Numbered from the whole stretch's first letter, positions 1 to 12,716 are shown. The stretch is DNA of 63,053 nucleotides, filler included, from Aduncisulcus paluster (GCA_024181965.1; 31 parts of 31 records of this genome joined end to end with filler, not necessarily neighbours in it), one strand, 5' to 3'. Notes: generated from the sequence alone by a model not told the origin. Made by a program: numbers and translations.

Positions 1-37
1 TGTCCTTTCCCTGTGTTGGCTTGATGATTTAACTATT

Positions 38-1194
38 ATGACGGGTGGCAGTGGCCAGATCATGAGACTTTGGGAAATACCAATAACAGCCATTGCAAAA
101 GCACGCAAGGAACTGATAGAACGAGTTGAGGAAAGAGAAACTACTTTTGAAACGCCATATTATTCTTATTCTTCTTCTGCTCCACGAAGTTACTCTGCTA
201 ATCCTGAATATTATGGAAAAGAAGAAGAAGAAGAAGAGGGAAGAGAAAGAGAGATGGAAGAAGAAAGAGAGATGGAAGAAGGAAGAACAAGAGAAATTGA
301 TACTGTTTCTACTATCAGAGATGTTATTGTTGAACACGATGATATCCATGAACAGTTGGATATAGTCAATAGATCAAGATATAAACTAAAAAGGGGAAAA
401 CGATATATTAGTTCAGCTGATGACCAACTTGACCAAGAAACTGAAGATTCTGAAGCATCATCACACGAAGCGTCAGAACACGAAGCGTCGGAACAACCAA
501 GAGAAAGAGATATAGAAATAGAAAGAGAAAGAGCAAAAAGAGGAGATATTGTTTTTTCTAGAGACATAAGCCACCCACACTCATACTCCCATCATATTGC
601 TGATATTCGTAAGATCAATGATGCTCATATATCCACTCATGCACCCTCTTCTTCCTCTTCTTCTTCTTCTTCCTCCTCTTATTTCTCATGTTCTAAAAAT
701 AGCCACACTCCACGTATATTTATTAAACGAAAAAACATGATGCTAAAACCACTTGATATCAGTGTCCGTAATCGTTTAGTAAGAGAACTCTCTAAAACAT
801 CTCATAGTACAGTATATCACCATGCATCACATTGTATTAGTACTGAAACGGTAACAAAACAAACTCCAATCCCAAGCATTCATTCCTCTAAACTGTACAC
901 TCAACCTAACCCATATGTTCCGTTTATATCTCATATATCTCTTCTACCTTTGCCAATATCTTTCCACTCTAATCCTCACACGACAAGAGATGGCATTGGA
1001 ATGATGAAACCAATAGGAATAGAGGAGAAAGAAGAAGAGGATAATCAACATCATGTCATTGTTCATGATCAAACCGATCATGTTGTTCATGATCAAACCG
1101 ATGCTCATACTGGCACTCTTATAAGAGATGGTGGCACTCGTACAAGAGATGGTGGCACTGGAATAGGAGACGGAAGTAGGACTATAAGTAATAA
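38..1194 (+). CDS. Low-complexity Glu/Ser/His-rich hypothetical protein, partial
   Basis: Open frame across the whole contig; no recognisable domain. Confidence 0.5.
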
Positions 1195-1294
1195 NNNNNN
1201 NNNNNNNNNNNNNNNNNNNNNNNNNNNNNNNNNNNNNNTTAATTAATTAANNNNNNNNNNNNNNNNNNNNNNNNNNNNNNNNNNNNNNNNNNNN
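1195..1294. other. Artificial contig-joining spacer (N-run, TTAATTAATTAA, N-run); first of about 30 identical spacers
   Basis: The same 100-bp cassette recurs throughout the window; TTAATTAATTAA puts stop codons in all six frames. Confidence 0.99.
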
Positions 1295-1862
1295 ATGCCA
1301 ATCTACGGAGCGTAATCCATCCTCATGTCCATCTCCAGCAATAGAATCAGAAATAACAGTCAAGGGGAAGGTAAGAACATTGATGGCAACTTTTTGAAGA
1401 GCAAACATCCTTCCAGCATGAGCTTTAAACTTAAGTTGTGAGATATCCCAGACTCTAACAGACAAATCCATTGATGTTGTGGCAACAAGTTCTAGACGAG
1501 TATGAAAACGAGCACACGTAACAAAATTCGTATGGCCGACAAGGTCTGCCATTCTTGTTCTTGATTGCCAATTACGAGCTGTATGATCATCAGATGCAGA
1601 AACGATCCAGGGGAAAATCTTATGAAATGACACACTTCTCACATAATCCGTATGTCCCTCAAAAGTATGTACACAAGGATTATGCGACCTCTCATTATAA
1701 TTCCATAAGCGGACTTTTCTATCGTCACCACCAGAAACAAAGATTGGTTGAGTACGGTGGAAATCAACACCCCTAACAGGACCTTTATGGCCCTCTGAGC
1801 CATCTCCAGAACTATACGTATCAATTAAGATTGAGAAAACATAATCCCAGAGCTGAATTTCT
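1295..1862 (-). pseudogene. COPA: Coatomer alpha subunit N-terminal WD40 region, fragment or degenerate copy
   Basis: The frame extends upstream of the listed ORF: EIQLWDY...GHKGPVRGVDFHRTQPIFVSGGDD...GHTDYVRSVSFH..PWIVSASDD..NWQSR...SMDLSVRVWDIS matches alpha-COP. There is an in-frame TGA just upstream of EIQLWDY, and the IW of IRIWNWQ is missing. Confidence 0.8.
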
Positions 1863-2005
1863 CAGTGTTTACAAATTGACACCAATAGTTATTGCAACAT
1901 TTACCTAATGATTACCAAAAATAGCTAATTCAATAAACTATAAAAAATAGATCTACCTTCAAGAGTTTCATTGAAGTTTGAAAATAGTGCAAGGAAAAAT
2001 TATAT

Positions 2006-2451
2006 ATGACTAAGACATCTTTATATTACTTTGGAAAGAAATATATACCCAGCGATCTAAGTGTAATCTTAGTTTCTTTGTGCCCCAAAGAATCATTCTG
2101 TATTATCCCCGCAGTGGAATCCTATAAGAGTCTTAAAATACCATTTCCATATTTTATATATTCCACCTTAAAACATAATCCCAACTTTTTTGATGATATG
2201 CCAAGTATTTTCAAGTATCCAAAATCTTCAATGTCAAAGTGTATTTCTGCTCGGTTTCACTTGTTTGAATCATTTATTAGCGAAACAGAAACACTTCATA
2301 TCAAATATGATCTTAAATTATATGAGAAAGATAAATATAGAGAGGTAATATCAGATCATCCAAATTTCGAGTTGTTCTTAAAGATCATTGATTCGTGTTA
2401 TTTTGATTTTGATACAGGCAAAAACATGAGCATTCAGGAATCTTTGAAGGA
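2006..2451 (+). CDS. Hypothetical protein, 3' truncated
   Basis: Open frame of about 149 codons in AT-rich DNA. Confidence 0.4.
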
Positions 2452-2551
2452 NNNNNNNNNNNNNNNNNNNNNNNNNNNNNNNNNNNNNNNNNNNNTTAAT
2501 TAATTAANNNNNNNNNNNNNNNNNNNNNNNNNNNNNNNNNNNNNNNNNNNN

Positions 2552-4023
2552 GAAGCTGCTATCAATGAACAGAAAATGAAAGCCCGGAAAGAGAAAGAGA
2601 AGCTCAAGGATGTAAAATCGTCTCTAGAAAGAGTGAAAAGTCTTGAGAACCTCAATTGGCAATTGGAGCTTGTGAGACGAGAGAAGGAGGAAGAGATTAG
2701 AAAAGAAGAGCGTAAGAAGGAATCCCCTCGACCAGGCATGTCTCCACGCACGAGTGCTATCCTATCATCTCGTTCAAGTACTGGCAGTCTTCGCAGTTCC
2801 GCGAGTCCCCTTAGAGATAGCCGATCAAGCTCTCCCCTCGTTCTTGGAGGTGTTGCCAAGCACGGTCGAAGCATAGCTCCCTCGAAGAAACGCACAGGCA
2901 CAGGCAAATCCCCATACTTAATTCCCGTTGTACCAGGTGTTAAATCCTCTCAAAGTCCACTTCGATCCGGCCGAAAGCCAGATCTGACACCCTCTCACTC
3001 CACGTCTGCTCTCCCTCAACACCAGCTCCATGGCTCCTCTTCCTCCTCTTTCTCCTCTCCAAGTATAGTACAGTATCCGTCTAGCAGCTCTATGATCCCT
3101 CTGACCACAAGTTCCATGCCAGATGATGGAAATGAGGAGGCATCTCTCTCTGGGGACAAACACGGAGAGGGAAGGTCAGGGTCAGCCTTGACTAGGGATA
3201 AATTGTACAGGGATGAAGCAAAGAGGAGGAAAGAGGAAGAATTGGAGGCAAATAGGAAGAAAGTTGAGGCCATTCGTCAGCGGAGAGAGCTTGAAAGACA
3301 GCGCGTTGAAGCCGAGCAAGAGAAGAAACGGCTCGCTTTGATAGAAAAAGAAAGAGCAGACAAACAACGCCTTCTGAACATTAAGAAAGAGAAGAAAGCT
3401 GCCGAGAAGAGAAGAAAGCAACGTGAAGATGAACTACGCGAGCAACGAAGAAAGCGATTTCTTGAAGATGAAGCAAAACAAAAAGAAGAGGCAGATCGCC
3501 GGAAGAAAGAGCAAATCGAGAAGGCCAAGCGTGAAGAACAAGCGAGAAGGCGCATCGATGAGCATAAACGTCAATTGGCCGAAGATGAACGTCTCGAGCT
3601 TGAATTGCTTCGTCGGGAAGAGCAAGAAAAGGAGAGAAGGAGAGCCTCTGAAATACGAAGACAAACGTTTGAAGCTGACGTGCAAAGGAGAAAACAGGAG
3701 CTTAATGATAAGCTTGAGAAAGAGCGGCAACGAAGGAAAGAAGAGGAGAGAGAAAAAGAGATCAAAATTCGTACAGAGAGGGCTCTCAAGGAAAAAGAAG
3801 CTAAGAAGAGAAAAGCTGAACTGTTAGCAAAGAAAAGACTTTTGTACGAAAAAGAAAGAGCTGCGTCCGCTGAGAGAATGAGAATAATGCAAGAGAAACG
3901 TGACATGGAAGAACGTCTACGTGAGAATCTTATGAGGAGAATCGAAGAAAGGGAGTCCAAATGGCTTGAGAAGAAAGAGAAAGAGAAGAAGAGGCACGGA
4001 TTGGGTGGATCTCCACATTCTTC
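2552..4023 (+). CDS. Charged coiled-coil / single-alpha-helix (E/R/K-rich) protein, partial
   Basis: Frame open across the contig; Ser-rich linker followed by a long ER/K tract. Confidence 0.8.
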
Positions 4024-4123
4024 NNNNNNNNNNNNNNNNNNNNNNNNNNNNNNNNNNNNNNNNNNNNTTAATTAATTAANNNNNNNNNNNNNNNNNNNNN
4101 NNNNNNNNNNNNNNNNNNNNNNN

Positions 4124-5107
4124 TCCATCTCCTAGTGACACGGATGACACCATCGAATCTCCACCCGAGGTCAACCGATCCCATTCATGCAGTTCTAACC
4201 GCTTTGCAGACGTGTTGTGGATGAGAAAATGATTGGGAATATGAGAAAGGGCATGAAATCCTACACCAGATTGACTCCATACAATTGTCTTTGAAACAAA
4301 GTCATACAATACAAGGGAAGAATCACATAATATTGACATGACATTGGGGTGCGAGTGGATAGCGGGGTGTCTGGGGAAAAGAGCGCGAGAGTATCCGCTT
4401 ATGCCCCATAATTTCTCCATCTTCCCATTCAAGACATGAACACAATCCTCGCCATCCTGTGCAGTGGAACACAAACATATCATGTCATCGTGAATGATTA
4501 CATCATCAAACCGATTCGGCAAGGAGAGATTGAAGGTGGCAACACTTTCACCACTCATGTTGACAATCGCTGCCGAACACTGGTTATAGCTGATACACAC
4601 GGGACCACAATCACACAACGTTTCACTGTAGGCAAGTGGACATTGATAAAATCCGCCGGTCAGTGTTGTATATGAATTCGACTCAATATGATAAACACGT
4701 GCGCAACAAGCAAATGACGATGGGAAACAGAGAGTAAAATGTTTTGAATCAGATGTCCACCGGAACGAGATATCCCCAAGCCCGTAGGTAGCAACGTCAA
4801 AGTCGTACATTCCAAAGTCAAGAATACTATTGTCCTCCATGTCGACAGCAACTGCCCGATGCATGGGATAGGAGCGTTCCCACATCTCATCCCCTGTTGA
4901 AGGGCTCTGAGGCTTATGATCCTTCTCCAGAAAGACGGCATATCGGCCATTTGGAGAGATCACTTCAACATACGTATCAACTCCGAGGGCGACATATTTT
5001 GTTGCTGTAATCTGAATTTCAGAAGGGATTAACGTGACGGAAGACATGTATAAGAGTGTGGTGTGTATCCAAATCCAGAAGATACAACGATTTTTTCGAC
5101 ACTCCAT
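4124..5107 (-). CDS. Hypothetical protein, probable beta-propeller, 3' truncated
   Basis: About 328 open codons with SPNG and WTSDS-type blade motifs. Confidence 0.6.
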
Positions 5108-6633
5108 CCTTTCGACACTTTCCTGGAATATAATTCAGACCCATTTTTACAAATTTACAATTTGAATGATAATAATGAAAGAAATAATGCGAGTTCTTTT
5201 TGAACTAAGAACTAATCAGACATATCAAACTCAACCTTCCTTTTGCTTTGCAGCCAAGAAATAAGGATCCCCAATTATCATTACCAATAGTTATTGAATC
5301 GTCCTCTTTATTCCATCTGCCGATAGATTGTTGATATGTGAAGAAATGGAATCAATTGTAAACACCGATACTACATTCTTCGTCTCATTCTTTCGATGTC
5401 CTCCCCCCCGATTTTCACCATTCACCGTTGCATTGATAAAACATATTCCCCGTTCCTGCGTCCATTTATTGCATTATTTGAGGGAAGAAGTGACTAATCT
5501 TGCGTTACCCCCCCAATATTTCTTGTATGGCGATATTTAACCCTTTTTGCCCCCCCAATGCATGTTTCATGTGTCCTTGATTATTCTAATAATAATCCTT
5601 CTCTGCTCGTCAATCGAAATCCATTATTATTATTATTCTGGCTGGAATGTGCCCATTCTCTCTTTGTTTCTCAGTATCTCAGCTGATCAAGCCATTTCAT
5701 GTTCCAGGTATATATATATATGTAAACATATGCATGTAAACCTTATATTCGTCACCTTATCAATGTTTATATTCCTGTTACTTTGCACACATTCGCCCTG
5801 TTATAGATTCACCCCCTTTAGCGTCACGATATCCTTCCTCGTTAGACATTTTGGGCTCAATATTCACACCGTACTCCCTCTCTATGGATATACAACATGT
5901 CTCCATGAGCATGTTCATTTGCAATTCTTTTTGTAGCCGACTACCACGTGACTCATGCCTTATCCCTTGTCATGTTTCCTTTGAGTTTACTCGACGACAT
6001 CCGTGCACTATACGTTTCGTTTGTGACCCTCAGAAATTAGCATCGTTTCTCATCTTCTCTTTCTTCCTTCCCCTTATTTCGTTCACTGTTCCAAGGTTTA
6101 CCAACCGCACCCTTGCTAACAACGCTTTCTACCCCACCCTTAGTACCTAACCCCAATGCGTATCATACCTATCTGTATCCCTTTTACTTTATTTCTTACA
6201 CCTTTTTTACATCTACCCCCGCCCTAGTAGCCCCTAGCATCCGATTGTCACCTTCTGATTGCTAACTCCCTAAATGTCCCTTCTCACATTGATAACTATA
6301 GATGGATACACGATTCATGTATACATCATACTCCTTCGAATTGCCTCGTCCTTTCGTACATTTTAAATTTTTCTTGCATATTTCTATCCTGTGAGACAAT
6401 TTCACTCATTATATCCCAATACTCCTTTGGCTTTGGCACCATCAAGATCGAAAACAATTTGTTGTCCGAATTCCTCTCCATTCTTTCTATTGCTTTGATG
6501 GCCACATCTGCCTTTTCTCCCTCCAATTGTGCANNNNNNNNNNNNNNNNNNNNNNNNNNNNNNNNNNNNNNNNNNNNTTAATTAATTAANNNNNNNNNNN
6601 NNNNNNNNNNNNNNNNNNNNNNNNNNNNNNNNN

Positions 6634-6807
6634 AACTCGGAATACGATGATATACATATGTCTGTATACTGCTACGAATCTAATCCCCTGATGCTTCATG
6701 GAACATGACATTTCCCCGCAGTCAAATCCAACTCCAACTCCAACTCCAACTCCAACTCCAATGCTCCAATGCCCGATCATGATCATACGATACATTTAAT
6801 ACTGAGC
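6634..6807 (+). repeat. Dispersed repeat containing a (CCAACT)n tract; inverted copy at about 42519-42683
   Basis: Shared near-identical stretch atacatatgtctgtatactgctacgaatctaatcccctgatgcttcatggaa...gatacatttaatactgag. Confidence 0.9.
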
Positions 6808-6864
6808 TTTGTACTATTTCACCCCAGATTGACAATGTGACAATCATGGAAAGTGATATCGTAG

Positions 6865-7064
6865 GTTTTTGAATTTGCAGTTGGAATGGGTATGGTTATC
6901 AGTGTTTGGGATGAAGCCTTTCTTACATTAAGTGTTGGTGAAAGAGCCATGATTGTAATCAAATCGATCCTGATTATGGTTATGGTACCCGTGGAGCTGG
7001 CGATTCTATTCCACCTGATTCTACTCTCATATTTGATGTTGAATTATTAAGAATCAAGAAATAA
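6865..7064 (+). pseudogene. FKBP-type peptidyl-prolyl isomerase, C-terminal exon with a frameshift
   Basis: VFEFAVGMGMVISVWDEAFLTLSVGERAMIVI, then after a 5-bp duplication at about 6957-6965, DPDYGYGTRGAGDSIPPDSTLIFDVELLRIKK*; preceded by a TAG acceptor. Confidence 0.85.
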
Positions 7065-7329
7065 CGCTTGAAAAGAACAAACGAATTGATTTTATTGGGT
7101 TTTAGATATATTTTCTCTTGCTCAGAAATCAAAGTTCTCAAACCCCGTTTGTGAATCTCTTTCCGGGACAATACATTGAATGCATTGCATTCGACTTCCG
7201 TTTCCAACTCATAGGCCCTATGACATAGGGATTTTGTCCAACAATCTAGAATAAAGACCCCGGAAATAAAAACAGGTACTTTTTTTTTTATTCTTCACAG
7301 AATATTAGCATTTTATACCATTTCTTGAA

Positions 7330-7596
7330 TTATTTCCATGGAAGTAGAGATAATCGTTCAGCTGCAATGGTTTCCTCGGGCATAGTAAACATAAGGGAGA
7401 GGATGTAGAAATGTCGACTTTTCTCATCATTCCACCTTCCTTTCCCTTCAATCTCACACAATACAACGTTATCCAAGTCAATAGGAAGGAAATACCATTC
7501 AAATCCATCTTTAGGTTCTGTGAATTCATACTTCTTGGATATCTTCTTGCCATCACAATCAGTGAAAGTGAAGAGAAGAGAGGGTGAACTATTCAT
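7330..7596 (-). CDS. Last exon or fragment of a lineage-expanded family (FTFTDCDGKK..KKYEF..EW.FLPIDL..VVLCEI module)
   Basis: Highly similar to the module in 30120-31004; preceded by a TTTAG acceptor-like site. Confidence 0.7.
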   Translation of the reverse strand: MNSSPSLLFTFTDCDGKKISKKYEFTEPKDGFEWYFLPIDLDNVVLCEIEGKGRWNDEKSRHFYILSLMFTMPEETIAAERLSLLPWK

Positions 7597-7760
7597 TCTA
7601 AATATAGATTATTCATTCATTCAAGATTATGTTGTTGAAAAAACGAAAAGTAACTATAAATTAAAATTAAACAACGTGGAAAGAAGAATTGAATCATCAT
7701 ATACTGCCCTAAAATGTACTATTCTTGCCGGTTTGCAAGTGGCTAGCAAGGCTACATTCC

Positions 7761-7830
7761 GGTAATGCCGGTTGATGCCGGTTGATGCCGGTTGATGCCG
7801 GTTGATGCCGGTTGATGCCGGTTGATGCCG
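7761..7830 (+). repeat. Tandem 10-mer (GTTGATGCCG)x6 plus one degenerate unit
   Basis: Directly visible; lies just 3' of the 7846-9660 stop codon. Confidence 0.95.
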
Positions 7831-7845
7831 GTGGCCATCATTCAC

Positions 7846-9660
7846 TCATCTCCTGTTCATGCACAATGTATGGTCAATGATAGCCCCCAGATCATAAATT
7901 AGTTCAGTAATCGACCTGTCAACTTCTTTGTGAGAAATATCATCCATCCAACGTGACAATATATCCCCATAATCTACCCAGAATTGTTCTCTATCGTGAC
8001 ACGAACAACATACATGTAAGAAACGTATCAAGGCTTTCAAAGCTACTGCATCACACATAAATAGGCTCCCGATCGCTGATGATAAGTCAAGCCAGCACTC
8101 TATATGTGGTCTTAATTTCACAAATAAAATACCAGGGAGAGGAGTTTGAGCTTGTGCAATATCTTGAAGAAGAGAGAAGAATGAATCTACACAGAATCCA
8201 GATAAAAGGGGAGGCAAAGGTGTGTTGGCATCTGCAAATGATTCTGAAATCTCTCTCGCTTGCATAAACTTGCTCTTTGAGGAGGAGGAGGAACCTTTTC
8301 CAAACCTCAATTTGGGCAAAGCTGAACCTGGACCTGATGACTGGTGATACTGTGATAGAATCTTTGCAGTTGCCAAAGAATAATGGTCTTCTTCCGAAGT
8401 ACTTGACTCTTTCTCGTCAAAAGGATCTTTGCTAATGTAAATCTCATCGTACTTCTGGTTATAATACTTATTCCACGTATCCTGGACATTCGTATATGAT
8501 TTTTGAAGCTCATTGAGCAACGTGGGAAGCTCGGTTGATGCTATTTGAGCTATAATACGTTTATCTGCTGACAGATTCGCACAGAGCGTTACTATAACCT
8601 CCAAAAGAGGAATGTATGTCGGAAATCGTTGTAGTTCTATAGTTAAAAAAGATGAACTAGCACTTCCACCATCGATTAAACTGAAATCGCTATCCATTAA
8701 TTTATCAGATATCTGGCCATAATATAACATATCCTCTTCCATTATCCTATAGCTTTCTCTGTCAGTTCCAATATTAGAGAACTCCAAGCCACCTCCACGT
8801 GAAGCAAGCTCAATGGATGGATCGTATGCCATGATATCGTGGCTAGTTCCTCCATCATAACCAGTACCATATCCTCCCTCTCCATATCCTCCACTTCCAA
8901 ACCCTCCATATGAATCGCTGGAAGTGTCATCTTCGGTGCATCCACGGCTTGTTTCTATCAATGGAGATATGGTGTCCTTTGTGCTCACTACAGGGCAGAC
9001 TTCGTGCAATAGAGAATAACATAATTCAGATAAGGCCATCGATTGAATATCATGGGCAGACACGCTGTTACAAAGGAATCCAACGGCTGCAGTGTGAATT
9101 TCAGGAAATGGAGTTGATAGAGCTACAGTTAAAAGGTTATGGAGAGATTCAGTATCAAGAACTCGACCACAACAAGCCGCATCAAGTGCACATGTATTGG
9201 CAATAGCACATAACAGTTCACGGATACATTTATATCGATCTGGGAAGCCTGAAGGGAAATATTCTTTGATTTCTTCGGTTGTAACTCGCTTACTGGCCAC
9301 TCTAATTGAGAAACTTGCCCATGTTTGGATGATGAGGTCAGGCGACGAAGGAGGGGATAAAATATCACATATTATGGCCGGATTTACACAACATGGAACA
9401 GCTAATTTGGCTAAAACACGACAGGCTTGAGCAAAATGTTCAGGATGATTTAAGTGACACATGGCTGTCATTGAATCAATAAATGATTTCATAACCCTCA
9501 AAGTCACATTTGATCCGATTCGTTCAACCGGATCAAATCCAGAAATTGTTGCATCTATATAAGTTTCAAGCTCAAGGAGCGTGTATAGTGTATCCGGTGA
9601 TTGGGGAATTAATCCACTCAAATTTTCAAGAAATTCATCAATTTCATGATGAATATCCAT
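7846..9660 (-). CDS. 604-aa hypothetical protein, probably ARM/HEAT-like alpha-solenoid
   Basis: Complete ORF between AT-rich intergenic regions; repeating amphipathic helices with L.N.S/C motifs. Confidence 0.75.
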   Translation of the reverse strand: MDIHHEIDEFLENLSGLIPQSPDTLYTLLELETYIDATISGFDPVERIGSNVTLRVMKSFIDSMTAMCHLNHPEHFAQACRVLAKLAVPCCVNPAIICDILSPPSSPDLIIQTWASFSIRVASKRVTTEEIKEYFPSGFPDRYKCIRELLCAIANTCALDAACCGRVLDTESLHNLLTVALSTPFPEIHTAAVGFLCNSVSAHDIQSMALSELCYSLLHEVCPVVSTKDTISPLIETSRGCTEDDTSSDSYGGFGSGGYGEGGYGTGYDGGTSHDIMAYDPSIELASRGGGLEFSNIGTDRESYRIMEEDMLYYGQISDKLMDSDFSLIDGGSASSSFLTIELQRFPTYIPLLEVIVTLCANLSADKRIIAQIASTELPTLLNELQKSYTNVQDTWNKYYNQKYDEIYISKDPFDEKESSTSEEDHYSLATAKILSQYHQSSGPGSALPKLRFGKGSSSSSKSKFMQAREISESFADANTPLPPLLSGFCVDSFFSLLQDIAQAQTPLPGILFVKLRPHIECWLDLSSAIGSLFMCDAVALKALIRFLHVCCSCHDREQFWVDYGDILSRWMDDISHKEVDRSITELIYDLGAIIDHTLCMNRR

Positions 9661-9937
9661 ATTATTTGTATATGTTAAATAAATAAAATGAAGACAATCA
9701 CAAGAAAAATCGACATTGAAAAAAAGAAATGAATCTGATCCTTTATTTGGATATTAAGTATGTATTATATCATTTATATTGATAAAAATCCGGTTTTCTT
9801 TAAAAATATCCTAAAAACAGTTAAAAATAGAGGAGGAAAAAAACGTTTAGAAAAAAAATTAATGCATGACAAAAAACATTGAATATTAACCCTACAATTG
9901 ATTAAAATATTGATATCAATGGGCCAACTAATCACAA

Positions 9938-10774
9938 TTACAATTCAAATCCATCAAAATCCCTTTCTCTCTCTTCCCCTTCATCAGCTTCTCTTTCAGC
10001 GTCTGCCAAAAGCTGATTGACAATAGAAGAGTGGACACTCCTTCCAAGACTGAGACCAGATAGCGATGCATCCGATACACTTCCCCTATGTCTTTGCTTT
10101 TTATGTGAGCATCTACTTCCGACGGCAATGGCACTTCGTTCATGGATGGAAGATACGTGAGTGTGAACAGGGAGAGATTGGGGGAGGAAATCAGGACTGG
10201 TTGGAATAACAGATGTGAATCCACGGTCCTCACTCTCCCTGCGCTCTCTAAAAGCCTCTTCCCGCTTCTCATCTGCCGTCCGTAAATGGAACACAGAGAG
10301 AGAAGCTGGACGAAAAGTATCAAGGGAAGAAGGGGAATAACTGGAACGAATTATATCATTTACGGAGCATTCCATTTGAACTTCCCTCGCTTGCATCTCA
10401 TCCACACGCTGAGCTTGTAGATGTTTCAGTTTTTTTTGGAGATTCCGATTCTTTTGTTGTAAAAGCTTAACTTCACTCCTTAGTTTAAATAATTTCCGAT
10501 GAAGAATGGCATTCTTGGCACTTAGGTCTTTTTTCTTTGGTTTTTCGGGATTTTTCTCTTTGGTTGGGGATGTTTTTGCAAGTAATAAACCTTCTAATCC
10601 ATCCATCAAGCTACGTTCACTATCGAGAGAATATTGATCAGCTAACTGTTCTTCAAGCTCCGATATACGCAATTTATGCTCTCTATTTTCTCTTTCTAAC
10701 CTTTCAACCCTCTCTGCCACTGATTCTTCTGTTGAAGTAAATTCAACAAACGGTTCGTCTAATGGAAATTGCAT
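9938..10774 (-). CDS. Coiled-coil hypothetical protein
   Basis: Complete 278-aa ORF with heptad-rich segments. Confidence 0.75.
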   Translation of the reverse strand: MQFPLDEPFVEFTSTEESVAERVERLERENREHKLRISELEEQLADQYSLDSERSLMDGLEGLLLAKTSPTKEKNPEKPKKKDLSAKNAILHRKLFKLRSEVKLLQQKNRNLQKKLKHLQAQRVDEMQAREVQMECSVNDIIRSSYSPSSLDTFRPASLSVFHLRTADEKREEAFRERRESEDRGFTSVIPTSPDFLPQSLPVHTHVSSIHERSAIAVGSRCSHKKQRHRGSVSDASLSGLSLGRSVHSSIVNQLLADAEREADEGEERERDFDGFEL

Positions 10775-11113
10775 TATGTTTTTATAATGAATATTTAAAT
10801 TAAAATATTCAATTTTACAACAATATTATTCTTCTGTGTTGTCAAATCGAAAAAAAACTCGAAACGGCCGTTTTTATCTTTTCTGCTGGATGAATTATTT
10901 TGTAAGTGGAACAAACAAAAATATAAAACATTATTCATTCAATTATTATTATCATTTGTGAAATATAAACGGTATTTCGACGTATAATAATATATTAATG
11001 AATTCCCATCTTAGGAATTTCTAAAAGAGTTTATTTATATTATGAGATAATATTAGATGTTTGAATTTGGTTATTTACATGACGACAGACATATAGAAAG
11101 AAGAAGATGATTC

Positions 11114-12716
11114 TTACTTTTCTTTCTCCAAAAGTCCAACCTTTTCATTGAACTCCTTAATAGCCTTATCAGTACGCTCAGCAAGACCAAATACTTCCCT
11201 TTCCCAGTATTTCTTGTCGTACCACTGAGCTCTGAGCTCCTCAACGTCGAATCCCATACCCTCAATCCATGTGAAGTACTTGAGGTTGTGAACACGACGA
11301 CGCATGGCGAAAGTAAGCTCCTGAGTGTGACTGGTGGTTAACTCGAGCAACATAGCGTGGTCGATCATAGCCTGGACCTCAGTATAGGCTCCACGTTCCT
11401 CAGTGAGCTCTTTCAAACGAGACTGGTACATGGCAGCACTGTCAGTGGCAACAGTGGCAAGAATATCGGTTTCGTTCATTTCGTAATATTTGGCCATCTT
11501 GAGACAACCCAACATGTTAGCAACACCAGAGATACCCATAAGTTCGAGTTGCTTGATGCTTTCAATGGGCTCACCAGTAACCTTGGCAAGATATTCTTGA
11601 CCAATCTTCTCGTTGAAGAGACGGAAAACCCTCATGACAACCTCATCGTCAAGAGCGCAGACAACATTAGCAGTCTTGGCATTGTATACCCAAGGGATGT
11701 GCTTGTCACCAATACCTTCGATTCTGTGACCACCAAAACCGTTCTCAAGGATGGTGGGACACTGAAGAGCTTCACCGACACCACATTGGATGTGAGGGTG
11801 GCTCTTTCTCAAGAAATCAGAGGCAGCAATGGTACCAGCGGATCCAGTAGTGAAGAAAGTTCCAGAGAGTTCCTCCTCACCGGTTCTGGCGTCCTCAACA
11901 CACTCAGCAAGAGCGGGACCAGTGACAGCAGCATGCCAGGCGGGGTTACCCATGACAGAGAATTGGTCAAAGACACGCATGTGGACGGGATCACTCTTGT
12001 GAAGTTCGGCAGTCTTGTCAAAGACCTCCTTCACGTTAGACTCACAACCAGGGGTGGCGTGAACTTCAGCACCGTGGTCCTTGAGCCAATGGAAACGCTC
12101 CTTGGACATTTCTTCGGGGAGAACAGCAACGGCTTGGCATCCCAACAAGAGAGAGTTGAAAGCTCCACCACGACCTAAAAAAATGATGAAATAGTCAGAA
12201 AAAAAGGTTTAAGAAAACAAAAATAACATAGATAATAAATAAGATATTTTTTTCTTCTATTGAAAATAAATATAAATTAATGATAATATAAAAATACATA
12301 CAGTAGTTACCAGTGGAAGGCCAGATGGCTTTCTGGGTCTTGGGATCAAAAGTACCAGTAGCTAAACCGTCGACGAGAACACAGTAGGTAGCACCGACCT
12401 TGTGAGCTCCAGTGGGGAAGTATTTACCACACATAACAACAATCTTAGAAGAAATACCAAGGATCTTCTTTGGCATGGAGATGTAAGTGGGAACTTTCTT
12501 GAAGACACCACCGTGCTCAGAGCACTCATTATGCCAGTTGATACGGAATAAATTAAGAGGGTTACGATCATGAAGACCAACGGTTTTAAGTTTCTCGATG
12601 ATTGAGGCAGGAATCTTGGAAGGATCTCTCATCATCTCCAAAGTAGGTAACATAACACCGCGTTCTCTACAAAGGTCAATATTTTGAGCAATAATTTCAG
12701 CTGGAGTTTTTTCCAT
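11114..12716 (-). CDS. Fold-type II PLP-dependent enzyme (cysteine synthase/TrpB-like superfamily), two exons: 12716-12302 and 12174-11114
   Basis: PTGAHK (PLP lysine), PSTGNY|CRGGA restored by splicing, GSAGT, HRIEGIG; strong codon bias. Confidence 0.92.
12175..12301 (-). other. 127-nt spliceosomal intron
   Basis: GTATGT donor, CTGAC branch site, T-rich tract and TAG acceptor; removing it joins STGNYC-RGGAFNS in frame. Confidence 0.92.

Noticed and set aside
11357-12178. 273-aa plus-strand ORF
   Set aside because: Antisense shadow of the codon-biased PLP enzyme gene
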